Origin: Chrysomallon squamiferum
Lineage: Eukaryota > Animalia > Mollusca
Reading direction: 5' to 3'
DNA: 64,000 nt
Assembly: GCA_012295275.1 (NCBI GenBank)
Contig: CM022679.1
Coordinates: 27,838,001 to 27,902,000 of the forward strand
Shown here piece by piece: positions 1-17,405 of the stretch (position 1 is the stretch's first letter; every line of letters starts with the position of its first letter). The notes beneath the pieces are model-generated. The model was not told the DNA's origin, ran no database searches, and worked only from the letters and a program-made list of their open reading frames with translations. The translations under genes were made by a program, and so were the position numbers.

Positions 1-702
1 TGGTTTATATCAGACTATGCAAATCTACACAGTTCAGATTTAATGGTTGACTGAACACAGGCAATGTTAACCTTACACACCTTCATACATATCTGAACCT
101 TGGAAAACAAGGGCCAGAGAAAGAGGGTGGCAGACTATTCTTAACTTAGTTAAAAGGTAAATTTATAGTAAGTAAAAGAAACAAACACTCCAAGGAAATA
201 ATCGAGTTCAAATCTCCAGACCGGACTGTTGTACATGTTGTTTTTTGTATCTAGATGTTGTGTAAATATTACGTAATTTGTAAACACGGAGACATGACCA
301 GTACTAGCTGGACTGTTTTCACTTCACTGTACGTAAACAAACAGTGATTACTAATGAATGTAATCTACATTTATCAAAGCAGAAAAATCACAAGTTACAT
401 TTTGCAGAAATCACCAACTGATTGCACATCTAACAATTTTATCTTGGTTTACTAACTTGACTTTAACAAAAAAAAATCTTCATTGCAAGTGTACACTTAA
501 TATTTATAGATACATCATAATAATAGAAAAAACAAATCTGTAAAACAATTCATAAAAAGGGTAGCTATTTATTTAAAGCAAGGTAAACACACAGGGACTG
601 GAGGTTGAGATATGAGACCGTGATCTCCTGGGCTGATCCAGGAAACAATACTGAACACACCTCACAGGTACCTGGAAGGGTGATCATGTTACCTGATCAA
701 GG

Positions 703-739
<37 letters not shown>

Positions 740-1297
740 AGGTATCCGTTTCCTGGACACTGATCAGTGTGTGTTAGTCTGTGTATTTTAATACTGTGTG
801 ATTGTTATTATAATTCTATTAACACTGATCTATTTATAGACATGATGACATTATAGATTTATGTAAACAGGATTAGACTAACACACACAAATACTGATTA
901 TGTGTGTTTGTAAGTATTAGTATGTAATGGATAACAGCCACTGCACATACAGACCAATAATGTTTGAAATTTTATAAGCTAATAAGTTATGAGAGAGAGA
1001 GAGAGATTAACTGCCAATGTACATTTCACATTAACTTTTCCTTTAAACTAAAAAGAAACAGTGGTCAGATAACAAACAACACAGACTGATGAACAGAGGG
1101 ATCATGTCTGTTAGAAACTATTCCCAGTGTGTAGTAAGATAATACTGCTATTAACTTATTTTAATATTCTTGTTTTGTTTATTTATGGTGAAACTGTAAC
1201 AGAAATGATTAAAAGCTAAGTTTTTAAAAATAATAATAGTAGTAATTAAATAATAATTACAAAGAATACAAGTGAAAAACAAAACAACATAAAACAT

Positions 1298-1303
1298 TTT
1301 ATT
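1298..1303 (-). terminator. Candidate polyadenylation signal (AATAAA) for WBP11
   Basis: TTTATT on plus strand, followed on the minus strand by a GT/T-rich tract (atgttttatgttgttttgtttttc); one of several candidates in AT-rich DNA. Confidence 0.25.
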
Positions 1304-2056
1304 CACATATTTTAATTTTAAACTTCAAAACTGAACTTCAATAAAGTTAAAGGGAGGTAATTCTATTATACAAATAATTCTTTGTAGAATTGTATGATTT
1401 GTAATTGACTTTAAGACAGACAATCCAAGGCAAATAATTATGGCCTTAAAAAAAATGAAAGAAAAATAAAGCTCAGTTAGTTTGCTCTGTGAAAGTTGGT
1501 GTAGAAAAGTGTTAAAATTTTTATCATCAGTAAAACAGGTTAATATTCTACCCCATCAAATAAATACACACATGGTTTTATACTTTACACATTACAGTGA
1601 AAGATATGTAACAATAACTGACATATTCCAGTGTGCAGTAAAGATTTTCCTCTAACCATGATTCGTCTCATTCATTTCCTTCAATGTCATCACAGTATTC
1701 TTTCTTCTTAAACACACCTACCAAACAGTTTGTTTTTCTGTTCTAATGTAGATAATCATTTAAATTATTGATGACAAAACTTTGAAAAAATTGTTCTTTC
1801 ATCTTTTTTCTTGCAGTTTGCTTTTGTGAAGTGAGGAACTTAACAGACTATTTGATGATTTCTACTGCAGACAATGATACACAGATGATGAAATCTTCGC
1901 TCACTACAATGTCAGCAGTAAATAAAAAATTAACTTTGTAATGTTTTTTTTTTTTAATTATCTTTTTATTTCTGGTTGTAGAAAACTTGATTAAATCCAC
2001 CATAAGACTTCACAAACAGCCAGAAATTAGAAAACTGGTTTTCTTCACTGTCCTGA

Positions 2057-2097
<41 letters not shown>

Positions 2098-2230
2098 CAA
2101 CAACAATAATAAAACTATCAATCATAATGATACTATTAATAATAATAAATAGAGAGATAAATAAATAAACTGCATTTACTAATAACTATTAACTACTGTT
2201 AACTATTGTTGATGTTTGCTAACCTGTCTA

Positions 2231-2358
2231 TCACAACAAATCTTCCATTTCCATCATAAACTGATCATAAGCATCGTCCTTTGTCTTTGTCTGAGTGGGC
2301 ACCATCGGCGCTGGTCTTGCTGTTGTTGTAGGTGCTATTTTCTTATCTTCTTCTTTTA
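2231..2358 (-). CDS. WBP11: WBP11 last coding exon (...TKTKDDAYDQFMMEMEDLL*)
   Basis: ttttcag acceptor, TGA stop at 2233-2231 followed by TAG; conserved C-terminal motif. Confidence 0.93.
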
Positions 2359-5300
2359 CTGAAAACAAAATTTATCAAACATATTAATGTTTAAAAAAGC
2401 TCATGAAATAATTTAAATGTGCAGAACAAACAAATATAGTTTTCATTCCTCATGACTGGTTTAATTATTACTAGAAATTTCTATGACTGATTAAAATTTT
2501 TTGACACAAAGTGATGTGGATGACATAAAACCTAAAGTTCAAAAATATTTATATATAATCAGTACATACTGACAACATGTACACAGGTTGTTCAGAACAG
2601 ACTGAACTTAAAACACAAGAATACTTCAACTAATGTGAGTATGCAGCACACAAAACAGAATATCTTCCAAATCAAAATTTCTTTATATTTACTTTTAATA
2701 ACATAATAAAAAAACATATATAATAAAAGTTTTAAACTTTTAAAAAAAAAAAGAGAATAAAAAAAACACCAATGAAAATAAATTTTTAAATTTATGAAAT
2801 AAAAACATACCAGGAGGTTTCAGTTTTCCTTTAGAATCTTTGATTCCTCGTTTAACTTTAAGAGCTGTAGGCATAAACCTTGTCACGTCTCCAAGAACAT
2901 TCTTGATCTGTGGCTTTGCCTCTATCGTTGCTGTGTTCTTCTTCTCATCCTTGTCTCCCCCAGTCTTCTGTGCAGGTTTCATTATGCTGGGAGGAGCACT
3001 GAGTACATTGGGGTTCACCGGGGGAGGTCCCAGCCCAGGAGGGAGTGGTATTCCTGGAGGAAGAGCATTGGGGGGCGCTCCTGGTGGCCTAATCATTCTC
3101 TGTGGGGGGATACCTGTTTATAAATATAAAATTTGAAAGTAAATAATATATAATTTATGTTAATTGTGTTACATTCAAAAACAGATAAATAAAAGTTTAT
3201 TTTATTTACACACATCATTTACAGGTTTATTAATAAGAAAAAAGAAAAAAGAATATTTGATGTATTTTAATCACTGACCAGGAGGTGCTGGAGGCAGTCT
3301 AGGAGGCATGCCTCTCAGGCTGGGGGGCAGGCCTGGAGGAGGACCAGGAGGCAGGCCCTGTGGTCGACCTGGCGGTGGACCAGGAGGTAAGAGTCTAGGA
3401 GGAACTCCAGGAGGTCCAGCACGAAGGGGTGGGGGTCTCAGAAACATAGGCGGAGCTCCTCTTGGTGGTCCTGTTAACAGACGTACAACTTTTATTAACT
3501 TGAAACAATCACAATATTAATCAGTTTAAAATTTAAAAAAAATTGTTTTTTTCATTATGTTACTTTTTTTAATTTAATAGAATTATGAATAAGAAAATTA
3601 ATTGCTGTTCAAATGTAATAAAGTGTATTCGTATATCTAGTTTATTATTTAAAAAAATTACTTTTGTTATTAAATTATTTTACTACTTTTATTTATATGA
3701 AAAATGTCCTAGACCAGTTAATTTTTTTTTTAAATTATAGACTGCACATATTTTATTGCATAATAAATAAACAATAGAAAGAAAAGATGATACCTGGAGG
3801 CATGACGCCAGGGGGAGCTCCAGGGGGAATGCCAGGAGGAGGACCTGGAGGTACCACTTTGGTTTGTGGTTCTTCTAATGGTTCATCTGATGTTCCAGGA
3901 GGCTTCAACTCCTGAATTGGTTCAAAGCGAGTTTTCTTCTTCTCCTTCACTGGAACACTTTCCTCAGTGTCTTCTTCACTCTTAAAGCAAAATCACATTT
4001 AAAAATAACAAAGTCAGACATCTTCACATTTAGAAATAACAAAACACACACACAGACATTTAAAAATAACAAAACCAGACATCTTTACATTCAGAAATAA
4101 CAAAACCACACACATATTCACATTTAGAAATAAAACCACACACATTCACATTATAAAATAACAAAACCACATACCTTCACATTTAGAAATAGTCTTAAAA
4201 TAAACCATACACCTCACCACACAATTAGAAATAATTTTTAAAATAAGTAAACATGATCCTCACTTTCACAGAGCGATTTATTAAGTTAGAAAAATTATTT
4301 GTGAGTTTATTAAATAGATCAAAAAACATTATTTATTATCTTTCAGAAACTGTTAATTAAAAACATGGTTTTAGTGAACAGCTGCGAAAATGCACTACCT
4401 GACTGGACTCCTGTTCTTCGTCCGACTGAGTGGACGGGACTTCCTGTCCAGCCATCTGTAACATGATTGCCTGCAGAGCAGAAACCTTCTTCTCCTTCTT
4501 CTCTCTCTTCTCTCTCTTCTTTGACTTCACCGTCAGTCTCGTATCCTTCTCCACTGAAGCATCATCTGCAAACCTAATCTTCCTCTGTTTAGCTGAAAAG
4601 TTAAATTATTGAGACTATAGTCATTATTATCTCATCACATTCAACAGTTAGATATCTATTGTAAGTTTGTGTAGTATTAAGTTGAGTTAAACTAACACAG
4701 ACAACCAGACATTTGTGAAACATGAAACAAAAACAAAACACAACACACACACACATTTACACAAGGACCCACCTGGTGGTTCTGTTATATCATCAGGTGT
4801 AGGTATAGTACTGGCTATAGAGGCAGGTAGAGTTTCAGGTAATATATAACATACACACAAACACACTTACCTGGTGGTTCTGTTATATCATCAGGTGTAG
4901 GTATAGTACTGGCTATAGAGGCAGGTAGAGTTTCAGGTAATATATAACATACACACAAACACACTGGTTCTGTATATCATCAGGTGTAGGTAGTACTGGC
5001 TATAGAGGCAGGTAGAGTTTCAGGTAATATATAACATACACACAAACACACTTACCTGGTGGTTCTGTTATATCATCAGGTGTAGGTATAGTACTGGCTA
5101 TAGAGGCAGGTAGAGTTTCAGGTAATATATAACATACACACAAACACACTTACCTGGTGGTTCTGTTATATCATCAGGTGTAGGTATAGTACTGGCTATT
5201 GAGGCAGGTAGAGTTTCAGGTAATATATAACATACACACAAACACACTTACCTGGTGGTTCTGTTATATCATCAGGTGTAGGTATAGTACTGGCTATAGA

Positions 5301-8250
5301 GGCAGGTAGAGTTTCAGGTAATATATAACATACACACAAACACACTTACCTGGTGGTTCTGTTATATCATCAGGTGTAGGTATAGTACTGGCTATAGAGG
5401 CAGGTAGAGTTTCAGGTAATGGAATATCATCGTGTTCAGCAGCCAGGATGTCGTCAGGATGTAAAACCTCATCTACTTCAACAGTCCCAATGTTCTCTTC
5501 AATACCTGAATAGTATGAACTTATTTTGTAAAATTACTGAGAGAGCTTCAATACAATTTTAAAATTTAAAATCACTTCTCTTGCATTTTTAAATGCATAA
5601 ATCTATCAAATATACAAATAAAAAATAAGAATGTTATTGTTAGTTACTAATTGAATAATAAAGAAAATGTTTTTTTATTTGTGTATCAGTAAACATAAAA
5701 TTACCTTTAGCAGGGTCATACTCCTCATCCTCACTGTCACTCAGTGGGGGAGGAGTGCCAGGGGGAGGGCCTACAGGTTTTCTCTTTGCTAGATCTGGTA
5801 TTGATGACCTGTTAAAATAAATCTCAGTTATTTACTTTTATAATGGTTCAGATCATCACACTAAATAAAGCTGTAGATTGTGTGTTTTTGTTTGTTTTTG
5901 ACTACTGATCCTTAACTTTGTCAACAATGAAAGAAAAAACAGATTTACAAGAAAAATGTTTGTTGCTAAATAAAATCTAAAAATATTACCCAAATGTGGT
6001 TTTCTTCAAAATGCCAGTGGGTTGTCTGCCCATGGGGGGTAATCCTGGCATTCCAGGAAGTGGGATTTCGTTGGGTAGAGGTATCATAGATGGAACTGTA
6101 ACAAAATAAATTTATTTTCACAAACAGTACAGACTAATGATGTGACAAAATTTAACAGTGTTTAAAAGACATAAATATAAAAAGTAAAAAACCAGAGTAA
6201 ATTAAACTTTTAAACAATTTTTAATTATTTACAAATCTAATACTAAGAGAACACATTATGAGTAAAATAAAACAAATGAGTAAAGTAAAACATACTTGTA
6301 GTTTCAACTGGCATGTCTGGGAGAGGAATCTGATCCAGCTGAACTCTTTCAGCATTTTTCACTTGTTCTGAAAACAGTTCAATATACACATTTTAAAAAC
6401 AGCTTTTGAATAGTATTTACATTTGACTATAACATACTTATAGTACAGAATATTATGTAATGATAAGCAGAAACAGGAATCATTTTGAATTGAGCAATAG
6501 AACTAAAATGATTCTGTATAATTAAATAGAACAAAGACAGCAGAACAGAAGACAAGATACAGTGAGAATTTTTAACACACCGTAGTAGATCTGTAACTGA
6601 ATTCGTTTTCTTTCATACTCAGCTTCTGCTTTCTTCAGTTCTAATGAGTACTCTGGGTTTTCTTTCTCCTGAAACAAACATCAAAACATCTGATAACAAA
6701 AATAATCACAGATTTAAGTTTTGAACAGTTTTTCAAAATTAAAAAATTCTGTTTATTTCTTACAGATGGGGAATGAGAGGGATTCATTATGTACATACAT
6801 TTCTAAATTCCTCTCACATTCATGTTTTACAAACAGCTTTGAAAATTTTATTATTATGTCAAGGTAATTAAATTTATTAAACTGGATATTAAAGATGAAA
6901 ACTGAAATTAAAATTGAAATACTTGTATATAACGTACGTAAAGTCGTAGAACTCGTTGGAAAGTTTCTTTCAGCTTTTTTCGCTTGTCTCTCAAAACTTT
7001 CTCATTTAGAGTTGGTGAATCCACAGGATTGTACTCTGAAAAAAAATAAAATAATAATAATAAAAACACTCTCATTATTTACCTTTATACAGTAATTATA
7101 TAAATATATTTCTGTTTTAATTAACAATTTCAAAAAGAAATTATAAAAACTGCAGACATTTAAAAACATGTGTTTACATATATTTTAAACAACTATGAAT
7201 AACATAAGAAATCATGCTACCAAATAGTAATTCATAATACAGATTAAACACAATTTAAAAAAAAATGTACAATACAAATATAAAGCTACTGTATACAGTA
7301 GCAAAGTTCAGAATAGTTGTTAGATTTATCAGTGACAATTTCTAATTAATTTTTTACCCATTTCATCAATGATTTCCATTTCTTCAAGCAGTTTTAGTGG
7401 GTCTTTTCCTTTTAGCACAGCCTGTCTCACCATCATACGCTGCTTCTTGTTCTAAAATTCAAAAACGTAGATGTGTCATTGTATATTTGTATCGTTGTAT
7501 GTAAGATATTGATACACCATTATCTGGTATAAGTATGACACACATTAATAAGTGTGTTATAGTAAGGTAAGACTTCTGAAATCATGTCCCTATTTTACAA
7601 AACAGAATAAACAAAATGAAAACATAAATAATCAGTGAAAAATACCTTTTTCAATTCTCTTTTTCTTGCTTCTTTTCCTGAAAAGATGAAAAAAGTAATG
7701 ACATAATATTCATTTAATTAATCTTAATTGATATATCTGCATTAATAACAATCGTAAAAATCAATTACAAATTAAAACGGATATTTTTAATGAGACTGAT
7801 TTGAAAGAAAAGTCAATTGCAATCAGTTATCAAGTAATCATTTTAATACATGTAAACCTTCAAAGGCAGTGAAATAATAATAAAATAATAATAATAAAAA
7901 TTTGATTAGTACTTACAAGACTAATTTGGTAATAAGTAATATATAAAAGATAAAATATTCTGCAATCTTAAGTCTTAGTCTAGGTAAATTAATTAGTTTA
8001 TGAAACAACTAAATTAATTTTCAAATACTGAAATAGTCACTATTAAAATGATATGTTGTTCAGAAGGATTTTAGTCTTTATATTCTTTTCTTTTTTTCGA
8101 AATACACAACAAATATTTATCAGAATGAGATTTGTAAATGAGAGCAGGTTGAAACTGCAGAATTTTTGCACTTCCACTTGACTTACTGAACTGATCGGTG
8201 GGATTCATATATTTCCCACTTTTAGTGGTGTTGATTGATCGCCGCCCCAT
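2231..8250 (-). CDS. WBP11: WW domain-binding protein 11 (WBP11/SIPP1/NpwBP), spliceosome-associated PP1 interactor; complement(join(2231..2358,2811..3113,3279..3470,3794..3980,4399..4592,5350..5505,5705..5808,5990..6095,6296..6367,6581..6668,6938..7035,7358..7451,7646..7677,8187..8250)), 1818 nt, 605 aa
   Basis: Manual splicing gives one continuous frame with GT-AG introns. N-terminus [50 protein letters not shown] matches the WBP11 N-terminal domain as I recall it (human [41 protein letters not shown]). Proline-rich PPGPPPG tracts, TRFMPTALKVKR and C-terminus TKDDAYDQFMMEMEDLL* are also characteristic. Confidence 0.96.
2811..3113 (-). CDS. WBP11: WBP11 coding exon 13 (...VLSAPPSIMKP...ATIEAKPQIKNVLGDVTRFMPTALKVKR...)
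   Basis: aaacag acceptor, GTATGT donor; 303 nt; overlaps ORF 2740..3096. Confidence 0.93.
3279..3470 (-). CDS. WBP11: WBP11 coding exon 12 (GPPRGAPPMFLRPPPLRAGPPGVPPRLLPPGPPPGRPQGLPPGPPPGLPP...)
   Basis: ttaacag acceptor, GTCAGT donor; 192 nt; RLLPPGPPPGRP is typical of the WBP11 proline-rich WW-ligand region. Confidence 0.92.
3794..3980 (-). CDS. WBP11: WBP11 coding exon 11 (SEEDTEESVPVKEKKKTRFEP...PPGPPPGIPPGAPPGVMPP)
   Basis: tttaag acceptor (weaker AAG type), GTATCA donor; 187 nt; frame agrees with ORF 3753..3950. Confidence 0.83.
3990..4235. repeat. Degenerate ~30-bp minisatellite (ataacaaaaccacacacattcacatttagaa-like) in WBP11 intron 10
   Basis: About 7 diverged copies visible. Confidence 0.7.
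4399..4592 (-). CDS. WBP11: WBP11 coding exon 10 (AKQRKIRFADD...SALQAIMLQMAGQEVP...), contains RVxF-type PP1 docking motif RKIRF
   Basis: ttttcag acceptor, GTAGTG donor; 194 nt; LQAIMLQMAGQ matches the conserved WBP11 LQAxMLxMAGQ block. Confidence 0.9.
4773..5419 (-). repeat. 98-bp tandem array made of the last 70 nt of WBP11 exon 9 plus the first 28 nt of the intron; 7 copies of the exon tail
   Basis: Exon-end equivalents at 5350, 5252, 5154, 5056, ~4965 (87-bp unit with donor deleted), 4871 and 4773; copies nearly identical. Confidence 0.95.
5350..5505 (-). CDS. WBP11: WBP11 coding exon 9 (GIEENIGTVEVDEVLHPDDILAAEHDDIPLPETLPASIASTIPTPDDITEPP)
   Basis: ttcag acceptor, GTAAGT donor at 5349; 156 nt; its last 70 nt are the template of the downstream 98-bp array. 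Confidence 0.85.
5705..5808 (-). CDS. WBP11: WBP11 coding exon 8 (SSIPDLAKRKPVGPPPGTPPPLSDSEDEEYDPAK)
   Basis: ttaacag acceptor, GTAATT donor; 104 nt. Confidence 0.9.
5990..6095 (-). CDS. WBP11: WBP11 coding exon 7 (IPSMIPLPNEIPLPGMPGLPPMGRQPTGILKKTTF)
   Basis: ttacag acceptor, GTAATA donor; 106 nt; IPLPG and ILKK motifs. Confidence 0.9.
6296..6367 (-). CDS. WBP11: WBP11 coding exon 6 (EQVKNAERVQLDQIPLPDMPVETT)
   Basis: ttttcag acceptor, GTATGT donor; 72 nt; IPLPDMP motif. Confidence 0.92.
6581..6668 (-). CDS. WBP11: WBP11 coding exon 5 (EKENPEYSLELKKAEAEYERKRIQLQIYY)
   Basis: tttcag acceptor, GTGTGT donor; 88 nt. Confidence 0.92.
6938..7035 (-). CDS. WBP11: WBP11 coding exon 4 (EYNPVDSPTLNEKVLRDKRKKLKETFQRVLRLY)
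   Basis: ttttcag acceptor, GTACGT donor; 98 nt. Confidence 0.92.
7358..7451 (-). CDS. WBP11: WBP11 coding exon 3 ([31 protein letters not shown])
   Basis: ttttag acceptor, GTAAAA donor; 94 nt. Confidence 0.94.
7646..7677 (-). CDS. WBP11: WBP11 coding exon 2 ([11 protein letters not shown])
   Basis: ttttcag acceptor, GTATTT donor; 32 nt. Confidence 0.93.
8187..8250 (-). CDS. WBP11: WBP11 coding exon 1 ([21 protein letters not shown])
   Basis: ATG at 8250, donor GTAAGT at 8186; 64 nt, ends in phase 1. Confidence 0.95.
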
Positions 8251-8695
8251 TTTGTTATTTCTTCTGTTCACTTCTTATTATTTTGAAATGTCATTCAGTT
8301 TCCTAGAAAATGCATTAAACTGCATAAAGTATAATTATACGTGTTCGCCAAATTTCATTTTCAGGCCAATGCATATACCGATTCTTAATTTTGTTGCGTT
8401 AACGTTTATTAGGATACAAACTATTGTTTTGAAGCAGTCGACAAAATGTTCGGTGACGTCTGAAAACCGGATTAAAAGCTGAGTTTGAAATTAACCATTT
8501 TAAATATGTCTTGTGTTAACATTAAAATTGAATACATTTGTTATTATATTTTGTTGTTGTTATAAATTAGAGATATACTGTGAAAATATTATTTTGAAAA
8601 TATAAAGTAAAAACAATTATTTTTTAATATACGGTTCCTTTCAAAGTGCCAAATATACCAGAATCAAACCAAACAGAGTTACTGTCCTTGCCACA
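8251..8695. promoter_or_regulatory. Shared bidirectional promoter / 5' UTR region of WBP11 and B9D1
   Basis: Divergent ATGs 445 bp apart; local CpG enrichment (~8100-8960) against CpG-poor gene bodies; CCAAT at ~8366 and CRE-like TGACGTC at ~8454. Confidence 0.75.
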
Positions 8696-16494
<7,799 letters not shown>

Positions 16495-16735
16495 AACTTC
16501 TCTCTTGACACAGGGGCTGGGTTGGACATTTCATTCATTATTTTAAAATTGTCATATTGGAAATTTCTATTCTTTTTCTCATACAATTGTTGAGTGACTA
16601 TCTAAAAAAAGAAGAATTTATGTATTATTATTTGTATTGTAAAGAAGAGTTCATCTCTGAACAATGTCAGTCACACATGAAATAATTTATATTAGTTTGT
16701 TGTCACCATGCAGTTAAATTATTCTTCTTAAAAAT

Positions 16736-16741
16736 AATAAA
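16736..16741 (+). terminator. Candidate polyadenylation signal (AATAAA) for B9D1; alternatives near 17150 and 17253
   Basis: First AATAAA after the stop codon, with TTTGTATTTG-type tracts ~20-45 nt downstream. Confidence 0.3.
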
Positions 16742-17357
16742 TTGTAGAGCAAATAGAAGAGATTTGTATTTGCTGATTTGTATTTGTAGTCTGCTCTCAC
16801 TAGTTAGACATTTTGTAAGTTACACATTCCCATTACCAGAAAAACACTAAAGCTGTTGATACAGAACACTTTCTGGAATGGGAAATGAGAAGAACCAGTT
16901 TTAAGAATGCTGTAACCTGTTTCTGAAATGCCAGTGATGTGTGTACACTGGGACAAAAGTGCTGTTCTCTGTGTGAGTATTTTTATACAAAACACAATTC
17001 AATTATTGTCTTCATCTGTCAAAGTGACATTTTAAATTCAACACAGCATCAGGTTCTCACTTGTTGTACTTGTCACCATGGTTACACTACAACCTCAGAC
17101 AGGATTAAAAAAAATCAGACATTTCAAAAATTATTATGTGAAAATGAGAAATAAATGTTTTAAATTTAATTTGTTTACACTAACCTAGTTTTGACAAATT
17201 ACATTCTAAATACATACATTATACTGAAATGGTTCTTACTTGATTTAAGAAATAATAAAGAAATAACTGCCCAAGCTATAAATTTATTTTTTAATAAATG
17301 TTTTGTTTAATTTTTATACCTTTGTCAATAACATATACTAATTTCATTACTGCTTTG

Positions 17358-17405
<48 letters not shown>

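Noticed and set aside
595-701. Short open frame DWRLRYETVISWADPGNNTEHTSQVPGRVIMLPDQ ending at a donor-like AAG/GTAGGT
   Set aside because: No pyrimidine tract at the acceptor, no recognisable homology and no partner exons visible.
2840-3520. Gly-rich plus-strand ORFs 2840..3136 and 3308..3520
   Set aside because: Antisense shadows of the proline-rich WBP11 exons.
8251-8271. Upstream extension MNRRNNK of the WBP11 first-exon ORF
   Set aside because: It starts at a GTG; the conserved protein begins MGRRS at the ATG at 8250.
8298-8311. X-box-like GTTTCCTAGAAAAT in the shared promoter
   Set aside because: Right half-site lacks the final AC, and the sequence is equally explained as a minus-strand splice acceptor (ttttctag).
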